NCBI GenBank assembly: GCA_002269645.1
Contig: NIVC01002539.1
Location: 1-57,374, forward strand
Source: Macrostomum lignano
Taxonomy: Eukaryota
Length of the DNA: 57,374 nucleotides
Reading direction: 5' to 3'
Numbering within the stretch: the stretch's first letter is position 1; every line of letters starts with the position of its first letter. This document shows, piece after piece, positions 43,436 to 55,200 of this stretch. Under the pieces are notes generated by a model, which worked only from the letters and a program-made list of their open reading frames with translations, ran no database searches and had not been told where the DNA came from. The position numbers and the translations under genes were made by a program.

Positions 43436-44100
43436 AGCTAAATTGGCGCTTAAATCTCACCTGCTGAGCTAAAGTGACTCTTATAGTAATCACCTGCTGA
43501 GCTAAATTGGCGCTTATAGTAATCACCTGCTGAGCTAAATTGGCGCTTATAGTAATCACCTGCTGAGCTAAATTGGCGCTTAAATCTCACCTGCTGAGCT
43601 AAAAAGACGCTTATAGTAATCATCTGCTGAGCTAAATTGGCGCTTAAATCTCACCTGCTGAGCTAAAGTGACGCTTATAGTAATCACCTGCTGAGCTAAA
43701 TTGGCGCTTATAGTAATCACCTGCTGAGCTAAATTGGCGCTTATAGTAATCACCTGCTGAGCTAAATTGGCGCTTATAGTAATCACCTGCTGAGCTGAAT
43801 TGGCGCTTATAGTAATCACCTGCTGAGCTAAATTGGCGCTTATAGTAATCACCTGCTGAGCTAAAGTGACGCTTATAGTAATCACCTGCTGAGCTAAATT
43901 GGCGCTTATAGTAATCACCTGCTGAGCTAAAGTGACGCTTATAGTAATCACCTGCTGAGCTAAAGTGACGCTTATAGTAATCACCTGCTGAGCTGAATTG
44001 GCGCTTATAGTAATCACCTGCTGAGCTGAATTGGCGCTTATAGTAATCACCTGCTGAGCTGAATTGGCGCTTATAGTAATCACCTGCTGAGCTGAATTGC
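43436..44100. repeat. 33-bp minisatellite (TAGTAATCACCTGCTGAGCTAAATTGGCGCTTA)
   Basis: About 20 units. Confidence 0.95.
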
Positions 44101-45147
44101 CGCTCAAATCTTTCCGGTACAGGAGATTGCCGGCCAAAATGGGAAATGGGACTGGGAAATGGGACTCTTTCCCCCTGGCAAAAGTATTCCTCGGCGCCTG
44201 ATTGTTACAATTACATTGACTATATAGCTGTTGTGGCTCCGACTTGTTGTGATCCCTCCTCACGTCCTCAGATGAAAATCCTGGCTACGACACTGCGGCA
44301 GCGGGGTCACACAGTTATGATGACAATAGACAGATGACGCAGGTTTCCACAGGATGGGGGGGGGCTCCACGTCGCATCTTAGTCAGGGGCCAGAGCTAGC
44401 TAGAATTGGAAGTCCATCTGTACTCAGTAATTAATCAGTAAGTCATCTAGAATAAGCTAGATGTTCAGTTGATAGTCTAATTAGTTCCGTCCAGTCCTAC
44501 ACTACGTAGCTATTACGTTGACTATGATCTCATGAATCGTCAAAATGCATCATTTATTTCTTTCTCTACTGCAGCAGCCAGGCACGCACAGTATGCTGTG
44601 GGGGCATGGCATTTCATATTGTACAGAGGTTGCTAAAAATAACTTTGTTTATCGCTTAGGCTTGAAAGAAACTTGTTCATCACATTTCTACGATGGTTAG
44701 GGTAAGACAATTCTAAGTTCTAACAGTAAGTAATGTGGTGTGATATTAACCCCAGCGGCCAGCGCTAAATTCTATTTCCAGGAAAACTATTATGTGCGCG
44801 TAAATAGCGCTGTTGCCCCTCCCCGCCGGCTTCAGACACGCCTCTCAATTTGCGTACATTTCCAAATGTACTTAGTGCTCTCTCGGGGGGTGGGATGGCG
44901 GGGGTGGGCCGGCCGGATAAGAGGCCAATGTACACTGGACGTATTGATTTTGTTAGAAGTTCCCTTTCCTTTCAACGCGCCCAGCCAACCGGTTTTACTT
45001 TTAACAGCGGGGAACGCTCAGGTCTCTCTCTGTTCACACCGGGCTTGAAATCCTGTCCAACCTGCCTAACCCCGTTTCGTACATAAAAAGGCCTCGCAAA
45101 CCTTATTCAGTACTCTCCAGGAGCCGAGGCCGTTTTGCTTTTAGACA

Positions 45148-45428
45148 TCAGTTCTCATTTCTGCGACTCAGGTGAGTCTATCGTGTTTTTTATTTTATTT
45201 TTTATCCGTGCGAAATTATTAATAACATCCAGGCCAAATTGATTCTAGATAGGAAGCTTAGTTAGGGGTTGGGGCCAACGCCAAGCAAATATTGAAGGGT
45301 GGCGTCTCAGTCAGCTCAACCTAATCATCTGCCTGTGCGATGATGGCGTGACCCATTCTAAGACTGTGAGAGTCTTGTTTCAGACTACGTCGTCTACGAT
45401 TCTTCCCATCTCCCCTTTCCTATTGCAG
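45148..45428 (+). promoter_or_regulatory. Putative initiator, short 5'UTR exon and intron of the DM9 gene
   Basis: TCAGTT at 45148, donor CAG|GTGAGT at 45172, and a long pyrimidine tract with acceptor TTGCAG at 45428, 13 nt before the ATG. Confidence 0.5.
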
Positions 45429-45441
45429 TCCGCATTCGAAA

Positions 45442-45978
45442 ATGTACGGCAACCAGCCTTACCCGCAACCGGGCGCCCAGCCTCCGCCGTACGGTGGCGG
45501 CGGTGGCAGCGGCAAGCCGGCCCAGGTGTGCCTGAGCTGGGTGCCGGCCTCCAACGGTCAGGTCCCGCCCAGGGCGGTGCAGGTGGGCACCCAGCGCGAC
45601 GGCTCGCCCGTGTACGTCAGCCGGGCCCGCCACGGCAACGAGCTGATCCCGGCCAAGCTGGTGCAGGGCCACGGCCACGTCTGCCTGCCCTACGGCGGCA
45701 AGGAGCACCTTGTGCAGCAGTACGAGGTGCTGTGCGACTCCGGCATGCCTTGCTTCGGCTGCGGCTGGGCCTGGGCCCCCTGCCAGGGCTTCAACGTGCC
45801 GCCAAACGCCATCATTGGCGGACACACTGACAGGAACGAACCCCTTTACATCGGCAAGGGATTTGTTAATGGCGACGCGGCTGCCGGCAAGGTTTATAGT
45901 CCGCATCAGTGCGCCTACTTCAGCTGGGGCGGCGCTGAGCACTCTAGCAAGCAGTTTGAGATCCTTGTGGCCATGTGA
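45442..45978 (+). CDS. DM9-repeat (DUF3421) protein, putative mannose-binding lectin, 178 aa
   Basis: Two DM9 repeats: WVPASNGQVPPRAVQVG...YVSRARH...IPAKL...YGGKE...YEVL and W...VPPNAIIGG...LYIGKG...GKV...WGGAE...FEILV. Pro/Gly/Tyr-rich N-terminus. Confidence 0.92.
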   Translation: MYGNQPYPQPGAQPPPYGGGGGSGKPAQVCLSWVPASNGQVPPRAVQVGTQRDGSPVYVSRARHGNELIPAKLVQGHGHVCLPYGGKEHLVQQYEVLCDSGMPCFGCGWAWAPCQGFNVPPNAIIGGHTDRNEPLYIGKGFVNGDAAAGKVYSPHQCAYFSWGGAEHSSKQFEILVAM

Positions 45979-46901
45979 ACTCAATTACTGATTATTCTAA
46001 TACAGACTCTTGTCACTGAGAGGCCTATGTTGTTAAGCCGTTTGTTTTTTTGTCAAATTTGTGGTCAATTTTCCCTCGTTTGCGTGGATTTTTGTTGGCC
46101 ATATAAAAACCTATTATACGTAGATGTGTCTTCTGTGTTAATTTTCTAGCTAATCTCTTTCTCTATGTCCAGCTGTTCGCGACTCTGACTACACTTTTTA
46201 ACCCAGTACTGGCTCATTCCGACTGAAAACCACCGGCCAAGTGCGCAAAGGGCAGTGCGGCTCTTTCTCATATTATTTTATCCTTGATGGCCCGCCCTGT
46301 TTATTCTCTCTGGAGCTCTGCTCCCCCATACTGAAATATCATTCAGCTGTCTGAGCTATTTCTCTTAATACTGCACAGTCTTGGTTAATAATCTACAGAG
46401 ATGAATTCCTTTGCTCGAAGGAGGTGCCACCAAACTGGTTTGTCACTGGCCTCTATAGTTGCATAGTAGATCTAGAAAGAACTGGCCAGCTTGTATGCTA
46501 TTGAGCACCTTGAGTACACTTGATGAGCTAGCAGAGATGAGGCTTGAGTTGACTAGGCTAAACGCTTCGCTATTGTATTCGAAACTGACCGAGTACAGTC
46601 AGTCATTCCAGAGAACTAGCAGGCTGAGTCAGCTGGACTCTAGCGCGATTTCTGCCTACTTCGTTATACTAGCAATCCAGTGCTGTGACCATGACAACTA
46701 TTTTAGCGGTATCTAGTTGTAAAGGTCTACCTCAATAAAAATTTTACTATAGCTGAGGACTCGCGTTGCGACCTCTGGTTCGATTCCGTGCGCGTCATTT
46801 TAAATTAGAAATCAGAAATTGACTTAAGGGGCTTGTGCGATTCACAATGAGGGCCCCATGATGGCACCTGGCTCAGTGTACAGTATGTGTTACATGTACA
46901 G

Positions 46902-47166
46902 GCGGTTGTAACCTAGTGGTTAGAGGTCTGACTCGCGACTGAAAGGTCGGGGGTTCGATTCTCTACCCACTTGGAACAATTTGTGTCCCTGAGCATGACA
47001 CTTAACTCTGCATTGCTTGAGTTCACCCAGAATGGGTGCCAGCATTAGCTGGGGTAATTGAGGCTGTGTGGCGACCCCCCAGTCCCTTGGACTGAACAGC
47101 CGTACGCAGCCTTCATAAGCGCCGCGCAATAGCTGCGGCTGAGCTGTCGGTTGCAAATCTGTCCAT
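46902..47166 (+). mobile_element. tRNA/CORE-like SINE family 2, copy C
   Basis: GTAACCTAGTGGTTAGAG (A box), GGTTCGATTCTC (B box). The body matches copies A and B. Confidence 0.85.
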
Positions 47167-47949
47167 TGGGGCAGGTGTAATCAATATTATTAATATTATG
47201 TATGCATGAGTGCGTACAGTATCCGCGCGTTTAATTGTATGTGCTCAGAATTCAGCGCAATTGGCGCAAAATCGGTTTTGGGACGATGCCGCCGAAGGCG
47301 TTGCGCCAAAAAGGTGCTCACAACGAAGATCTAGCCAGGTTACCATGGAACCGACATTAATTATATGTAAGTATACAGTCCCATTTTTACAATGCAAAGG
47401 TGCAGGTCATGTATGGACTATGAAATGAAGAATGTATAATCTAGGCTCCACATCAACATGTGGCCTAGCTCAGGTCGTCACATCGAGAGCAAAAAGTACA
47501 TTTCTATAAAATCAATCGCATATATACGAGCTTCGAACATTACATTGTCAGTTCCATCCAGTGGATTTTCATTGCAGCATTCTGTATTTGCAATTGCTTC
47601 AGCCTTCAGATCAATTGGGTTCATCATCTCAGGCATCCATTGATGAGCTATCGACTCAACACAAAAGAAATACGTCAGTACAAAGGAATGGAAACGACGC
47701 AAAGCTGTCATTAAACATAATAGGTTGCAATTTTTAAGAGCCTTCTACACGTACTGCTACTAATAAAATCTATTGATTAATCATACAGGCTCAATATTAT
47801 ATTATTGGCATATAGCAGTACGTTACAATTACTGCTTTTATATAAATTGTACTGACGTAATATTTGATCGTTTAACGCAATGATAATTAATTTCTTGGTT
47901 TTGCTCGTAAACGGTTTACAGCATCGTCGATTTGTACTGCATCGCAGCT

Positions 47950-48195
47950 TAAAACTTCACAAGCTCGAAACTTCACAAGCTCGAAGCTACACAAGCTCGA
48001 AACTTCACAAGCTCGAAACTTCACAAGCTCGAAGCTACACAAGCTCGAAACTTCACAAGCTCGAAACTTCACAAGCTCGAAACTTCACAAGCTCGAAGCT
48101 TCACAAGCTCGAAACTTCACAAGCTCGAAACTTCACAAGCTCGAAACTTCACAAGCTCGAAACTTCACAAGCTGGAAGCATCACAAGCTGGAAAG
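47950..48195. repeat. 16-bp minisatellite (AAACTTCACAAGCTCG)
   Basis: About 15 units. Confidence 0.93.
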
Positions 48196-49066
48196 TTCGT
48201 AAGCTCAAAACACCCTCTTCATGAGAACCGAGAGTGGCAGCTTTAATCCAGCTCTAGTCATAACTCTTCACTCTCTTCTCACCAGCCCAAGCCAGGGCCT
48301 TGCGACGCAAAACTGCATCACCCAACAGTTGAGACGAGAACCGCGGGCGATTGCAATAACTTGAGGCTGAGACCTGGGAAAAGTTGACCGCTTGTTTGAC
48401 CACTGTGGAAATCTGACATGTTGCTGCAGAATGAGCGAGCGCACTGCCTGTAGTTGCACACAAACTCGTGACACATTACTACGTAATGTGCAGATAGAGC
48501 AGGGTTTTCAGATGTTTTGACGCAAAAAAACGCAAATTATACTACTATCTGAAAATGAAGTAAGTAGTATACAAAAACGCTATCCTAAGCGTGATATGGA
48601 AATATGTAGTCGTAATAATCCATGTGCTCATATATGTACATTAATTCCATGTACATTATTCCCTATCTATCTCAAATTGTACATTAATTCCATGTACATT
48701 AATCCCTATCCCAAATTGTCTATCCCCAATTCTACATGTACACTCACATTAATCTACAGTGTCATCCCCAGCGCGCGCACACCCCAAGATTACAACTCGA
48801 AACCCTACTACATGTACAATATCATCCAAATGAGTCAACACCCAAGTTTTACAAACCACGTTATATACATATTCCTATTTATATGTCAATTATTCAAAAT
48901 CTACATGTAGCTGATTACACTACTACCTTTAGTAGAGTTACAAATCAAGATTCTATTGAAAAAGACTGTATTCATATAGTTTTCACATTGGAAAAGCGTA
49001 TATTTTTTTCATTTCAATAATTGAAAAAGAGAGCAAAAACAGTAAGAGACGACAGCAAGTTGAGAC

Positions 49067-49525
49067 TTAATTATAGCCTGTACTACCAAACCCTCCTGCA
49101 CCGCGAATTGAGTGGCTGCCAGCGGCCTCCTCTTCGCCATTCCCTCTATAGAGATCCCTTACAACTACGGGAGCAATCATTACACGCTCCAAAACTAATT
49201 GAGCGATACGGTAGCCCCGAGTTATGAACCAGTCCGCACTGCCATGATTAAATATCACCACAGTCAATTCTCCAGTATAGTCAGGGTCGATCACGCCGGC
49301 GCCCACTTGTATAGACTTGCGCAACGCCAGCCCAGACCGGCCGGCAATCCGAGCGTAGGTCCCATCAGGCGGTTGGATCGAAATTCCGAGAGGCACCTGC
49401 GCAACCGACCCTGCCCGGACAACCACATCTTCAGAGGCAAAGAGATCGTAGCCAACAGAACCGATCGTCTGGCGAGCCGGCGGGCGGGCACCTTCAGTCA
49501 GCAGCGACACCTTTAAAGCAGCCAT
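49067..49525 (-). CDS. dut: Trimeric dUTPase, intronless, 152 aa
   Basis: All five motifs present: SVGYDL, IAGRSGLA, GVIDPDYTGEL, RIAQLV and RGAGGFGSTG. ATG at 49525 (the track start at 49570 is a GTG). Confidence 0.96.
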   Translation of the reverse strand: MAALKVSLLTEGARPPARQTIGSVGYDLFASEDVVVRAGSVAQVPLGISIQPPDGTYARIAGRSGLALRKSIQVGAGVIDPDYTGELTVVIFNHGSADWFITRGYRIAQLVLERVMIAPVVVRDLYRGNGEEEAAGSHSIRGAGGFGSTGYN

Positions 49526-49866
49526 GATGACGTAGCTGGAATTGGTGAGTTTGCGGTTATAATCAGTCACAGTGTTTACACACGGAATGGTTTATAGTTT
49601 TTTTTCATTCTAAATATCATTAATCGAAAAAATGGTAAAAATCTCAACGCAATATTTAAATTTTGCAAAACAATTTATTTGAAAAGAATGTGCATGTGGA
49701 TAGCGTAAGTGTGCATACACAACATTTATAGCGAGTCGAGATATATACTATGGGTGCATGAAAATTTAGATTGAGTGCAGACACAACACTTGATATAAAA
49801 CAAGATATGTACAAGGTGCATGAAAATAAAAATGCGTGCAGACACAACATTAAATTGTCAACAATA

Positions 49867-50763
49867 TTAACAAAGCCCCGAGCCGGGGAATAATCTGTCC
49901 AACTCTTCAGCGACCTCCTCATGGAGGTCAGCCTCATACACCCGCCGCTCCTTCACCGCCGTGTAATACGCACGCTCCTCAGAGCGGCTGCCAAAACAAT
50001 AGTCGGCTAGCTAGAAAAGGGAATGGGCGGGGAAAGTTTTCCGCTATAATGCATTGAAATTTTGAATCAGCAATTAGTTGCTAAATGAAAAGTTTTCGGA
50101 TAAAATGCAATTATTTACCATGTCCAAGTCTGGCTCGCGGCACCAACGCCGCAAAAACTCTTGGTAGGTTGCCTCGCCATCGTCGTCAGCAGCACCAACA
50201 GCAGCCTTTTCACTAGCAGCAGCGTCAGTACTGTGCTGCTGCTGCTGCTGCTGCAGCCCCATCCGAGGGGCTAAATTGATGCCCAATCGGCAGCGGCTCG
50301 TCTTCTTATTCTTCAGTTGCCGCGGTTGCTGATTCAGACTGCTGCTGCTGCCTTCAATAGTCGCGGCGGCAGCGGTGGCGACTGCGGCATATTCGCAAGG
50401 GCTGGCTCCCAGCAGCCCACAGTCATTACCGGGCTGGCAACATTCATTGCCGCAGTAGCTACCGCCGCACCAACCTTGAAAGTCGTCAACGCTGCTAGTG
50501 TCTCCACTGATGCTACTGCTGCTGCTGCTGCTGCTGCCGCTACTACTGTTGTTGCTGTTGTCAGACTTACACGCCAGACTTAAAACCGGTCGGGCGGTAG
50601 ATCGAAGCGGCGGGTTCCGGCCTACTCGACCGCCCCCAACCCCGCACCACAGGATTGAGGGAGATCGGCCGCAACGCAGTGCTACAGCCACCGCAACTAA
50701 CTGCGACGGCTCTTCTACACTGCTGCTGCTGCTGCTGCTGCTGCTACCGTTGCCGCTATTCAT
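49867..50763 (-). CDS. Hypothetical two-exon protein, 262 aa
   Basis: Exons 50763-50119 (ATG|GTAAAT) and 50010-49867 (acceptor CCCTTTTCTAG), 108-bp phase-0 intron. TATAAAAA about 70 nt upstream. Low-complexity N-terminus and a charged, probably helical C-terminus. Confidence 0.6.
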
Positions 50764-51034
50764 TGTGTGTGTGTGTGTGTGGTTGATCGTAAATTTGAAA
50801 AGATTTTCAGCCGCGCAGGGGTCTCGTTTTTATAGTGATTTTACGAAGTCTCTCATTGGCTCCGCCAGTCCGCAAGCAAGCAAGCAAGCAAGCAAGTCTG
50901 CCCAAACCTCAGCCCAGCCAGCGAGTTAGTCAGTCTGACTCAACAGCGAGCTATACCTGTTTTAACAATAAAATTTCAGATTCTCAAAAATTTCAGAGTC
51001 TAGGTTATTTCAATTTCGGCTGCAGTTCGGCTGC

Positions 51035-51358
51035 AGTTCAATCGGTGGCACTCGTATCCCCCGGACTCACCTGCAGCCGCAGGTGAAGAAGCTTTCTACG
51101 ACTGACGGCGGCAGCGGCAGCGGCAGCAGCTACAAGTGGTGGCACTCGTACCCCCCGGACTCGACTGAGCTCGAGAGCTGGGCTGCTGGCCTGACTGATG
51201 AACAGCTTTTCAAGACCCCGACCCATCAGATTGGGCCTCACGAGCCGGCCTTTGCTGCCTGGGCTGCTGTGATCAAGGAGCAGAACAAGCGAATTAAGCT
51301 AATCTACAGCAGCGACAAGGCCAAACTGCAGCAGCTGCCTACAATGCGTGTCGAGTGA
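51035..51358 (+). CDS. Possible small protein or gene fragment in the palindrome spacer
   Basis: Exon-like GC-rich frame 51083-51358 without ATG. The peptide WHSYPPDS is encoded twice in different frames. Confidence 0.3.
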   Translation, partial: SSIGGTRIPRTHLQPQVKKLSTTDGGSGSGSSYKWWHSYPPDSTELESWAAGLTDEQLFKTPTHQIGPHEPAFAAWAAVIKEQNKRIKLIYSSDKAKLQQLPTMRVE

Positions 51359-52286
51359 AATGATTAAGACAATTGCTAAAAAGACTCTTTTTGTGTGGGC
51401 TGTATAATCATTGCTTTTTGTGTGGGAATATTCATATTCGTAATGTGTGGGCTGTATAATCATTGCTTTTGTGGGGATATATGGTTTGTATAATAATAAC
51501 TCTACTGTAGAACCTTGTTTATGTGCTTGAAAACAAGCTCTGCAGTGAAGCGGGCGGCACGTTAATAGTGAGCAACATTTTGTTGGCCGTTAGTTTGGCT
51601 GAGATGAAATCGTTAGCGTGCAGGTCAGCGCAGAGGGTTGTTATTATTTTCGCAAATGTGTCTCGACATCGACAATATCCGCTGTGAAGGCTACTTCATA
51701 TTCGTAGCCTTTTGCTTTAAATTTAGGCAGGGCCTTTGATGTTGATGCTGATTAACTCTCAATTGTATAATTTTTACTTGTGGGAATTTGTGTTTCTGCG
51801 ATTATATCAACTCTAATAATGTGAAAACCATCTTTTGAATAAACTGGAATTGACAAATACCATCTCTGGAATTAAAATGGTCTTATTTCATTTGTTTTTT
51901 GAAATTGAAATAACCTAGACTCTGAAATTTTTGAGAATCTGAAATTTTATTGTTAAAACAGGTATAGCTCGCTGTTGAGTCAGACTGACTAACTCGCTGG
52001 CTGGGCTGAGGTTTGGGCAGACTTGCTTGCTTGCTTGCTTGCTTGCGGACTGGCGGAGCCAATGAGAGACTTCGTAAAATCACTATAAAAACGAGACCCC
52101 TGCGCGGCTGAAAATCTTTTCAAATTTACGATCAACCACACACACACACACACACAATGAATAGCGGCAACGGTAGCAGCAGCAGCAGCAGCAGCAGCAG
52201 TGTAGAAGAGCCGTCGCAGTTAGTTGCGGTGGCTGTAGCACTGCGTTGCGGCCGATCTCCCTCAATCCTGTGGTGCGGGGTTGGGG

Positions 52287-55200
52287 CACAGACCAATAAG
52301 TATAACTAGACTGCGCATCCAGCATTGCTTGCGTGGGCTCGTTTTTTGACAAAATGACAAAGCAAAAAATGGTCCTCTCTACCCCAGCCCAAAACGATCG
52401 ATATTTTTGGCTTGGGGAAGACTGGCCCTTCTTCAGCTGTCTGCACTGGCCTTTTTTAAATTAACATGTATATTAATGCGGCTTGGGGACCACAATAGCA
52501 ATGCTATACTAACCTTAAACAGCTAAGCAAAGTTATTAAAAAATTAATAATTTCTCAAAACGAAATGGAAGAACAACCTGAATCTTCTAAATTGCCGAGG
52601 AAAAGAAAAGGAAATTACGGCAGCTTTTGCTGCGCTGCTGGCTGCTCGAACAACTCAGCAATGTCTTTGGCGGGAGTGTCCTTTCATACTTTTCCAAAGG
52701 ACAAGGAAATAAGGAAAAAGTGGCTGATAGCGCTGAAAAGAAAAGATTTTGAGCCATCGCCATGCTCAATGCATTTTGAGGAATCTTGCTTCAAAGAGCA
52801 ATTTGCAGGCTTTCTGCCTAGCGTCAAAAGACGGCTATATCCAAATGCCGTTCCTTCCATCTTCCCGGCGTTCCCTGACCATCTGCAGCCGAAAGCTGAG
52901 AAGAAACGGAAGACTGCCACCGCGGCCGCAGCTCGCGAAGTTGATTTCGCTGCATTTTGTAAATCAACAGAGAGCAGCGAGCCGGAAGCTCCAGTGGCTG
53001 CCAAGGAAGATGAAGATCCTGGACCGGACATCCATGTTAACTGCGTGCCCAGAGAAGAATTCGACAAGAAGGTGAGAGCACTTAAAAATCTTCGGCGCAG
53101 ATACAGAAGGCTTCTATCTACTCATAGCCGGTTCAAGAAAAGTGCAAAGGCTGTTGAAATCTTAAGGCGGTCGCTCCAGAGCAAGTACCGCAAAATTCGA
53201 TCACTGCGCTCAAAGCATAGGCAAATTAAACAAAGAGCCAAGACCCTGAAAGATGTGATTCGAGAGTTAAGGGCCAAATGTATTTTGAATGAAGCTGCTG
53301 CATCTCGGCTGAATTTCTTGACCTCCGATTCACTGCTTAGCAGCATTTTGCCAAGCAAGATTACCAAGAGGACAAGAATATTCTCCCACGAAGTGCGGAA
53401 ATTCGCCTCCACATTGCACTTTTACAGCCCGAAGGCCTATGCGTATGTGAGACAGTACTTTCAGCTTCCGCATCCAGCTTCGCTTAGAAGATGGCTCTCG
53501 AATGCGAAATGCCTTCCAGGATTTTGTGACCAAGCCTTTCAGGAACTTTCTCGGCGACGCAGCTCCAATGATGACCGATCCTTCGACTACTGCAACGTTG
53601 TAGCTGATGAAATGTCACTGGAAGCGATGGTTGAGTGGAATTCAAATGAAGGCAGTTTCTTTGGCTATGTTGACAAAGGCGATGGCAAGTCAACTGATCA
53701 GGAGGCAACTTCAGCATTGGTAGTGATGGCAGTGGGTCTCAAGAGCTATTGGAAGCTACCTTTAGGATATTTTCTAGTGAGCGGAGTTGATGGCGAATTT
53801 CTTTCAAGTGTCGTAGAGGAATCAATCCAGCGGCTCTACCAGGTTGGCGTTATTGCCTCATCATTTACATGCGATGGGACTCAGCACAATATTCGAGCGA
53901 TCGAGCTTCTTGGTGCCAGAATAAGCTCTCCCAATGAGATAGTTTCCTCTTTCCCACACCCCTGCGATCCCGGCATTCAGGTTTCAGCCTTCTTGGATGT
54001 GCCGCACATGTTGAAGCTGATTCGAAACCAGTGGCAGTCCCTGGGAACATTTGTTTGGCCGGACAGAGGAAATATTGATTGGAAATATGTGTGCACGTTG
54101 CAGCAAGTACAGGAGAGCCATGGACTCAGACTGGGCAATAAGCTGAGCAGGCATCACATTAACTTTGCTAATTTAAAGATGAAAGTTTATTTGGCCTCAC
54201 AACTTTTTAGTAAGTCGGTGGCTGACTCATTACGATGGGTGCACAAGCAAGGCTTGGCCGGATTTGATCATTCCGATGTATTAGTGACAGCAGATTTTAT
54301 TGAGCACATCAATGATCTGTTCGATGCGTTCAACTCGAAGCGACTGGTAAATTATGGGGCTAAAATGGCTCTAAGAGCTGACAACCAGTCTGACTGGATT
54401 GACTTCTTCACTGACTCGATCCAGCTTCTCAAGAGCTTAGAAACTCCAGCTAGATGCAAAATCGTTGACACTGCAAAGAAGACAGGATTTTTAGGCTTCA
54501 TCACCAATTGCCATGCCGTTATTGCGCTTGCCAAGTATTTATTTTCAACTGGCGAATTCTTCTTTCTTTGCACTTACAAGCTGTCTCAGGACTTTCTAGA
54601 ACTATTCTTTAATGCAGTCAGGCTTCGAAATGGCTGGAACCACAACCCGACACCAAAGCAGTTTCGCTCGGCATTTAGGCAGCTGCTGGTGCATGCCGGA
54701 GGTGGGATTCTCCAGTCTGTCAGCCCGAATGTGAAGCAGCAGGATGCCACCATTCAACTGTCCTTGTCATGCCTACCATCATCAGCTGAATCAGCACAGA
54801 AGCAGTGGAAGATGAAAGTTCAGAATGATATGGGACTGAGTCTTGAATCCATCCAGCACTGCATGAATGCATCTAATTGTGAGATTTGCCAGTCTATTGT
54901 GTACTATATTGCCGGAGCAGTTGTGCGAAGCATGTTGAAAGTTGTCGAATGTGCTACGTGCAGGTCAGCTCTGACTGCCAGCTCCGAGACGCCACCAGCT
55001 TTTCGTGCCCCTTGCTCACTTGTTGCCTTGAAGAATGTTTTGAACAAGGAAGGAACTGGCGGCTTGATTTTTCCCAGCAGCGATGTCTTCCGTGTGCTGC
55101 TCAGTGCTGAGTCTGTTATTCGACGTGCCAGCTATAACAGCCAATTCTCCAGTGACGTAGCAGTTCACGAGACTTTGCGCATGTCGAGCAATCTATTCCC

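Larger units (their letters stand above)
49027..51017. repeat. Left arm of a large inverted duplication (left limit not determinable)
   Basis: Reverse complement of 51901-52286 plus 55769-57374. Position 57374 pairs with 49027 and 51901 pairs with 51017. Confidence 0.95.

Noticed and set aside
46745-46800. tRNA gene around GGTTCGATTCC (46777-46787)
   Set aside because: B box only, with no convincing cloverleaf; at most a SINE or tRNA remnant. The SINE heads are likewise not functional tRNAs.
47400-48480. Short non-repetitive ORFs left of the palindrome
   Set aside because: No recognisable motif and no consistent splice model.
49656-49937. 93-aa ORF MRLTSMRRS (and its mirror 56450-56749)
   Set aside because: It is an alternative frame over exon 2 and the AT-rich 3' region of the two-exon gene.
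51018-51900. Simple missed-adapter sequencing palindrome
   Set aside because: The spacer is 883 bp of unique sequence and one arm has a TSD-flanked insertion, which an adapter artefact would not produce. A haplotype misjoin is still not excluded.
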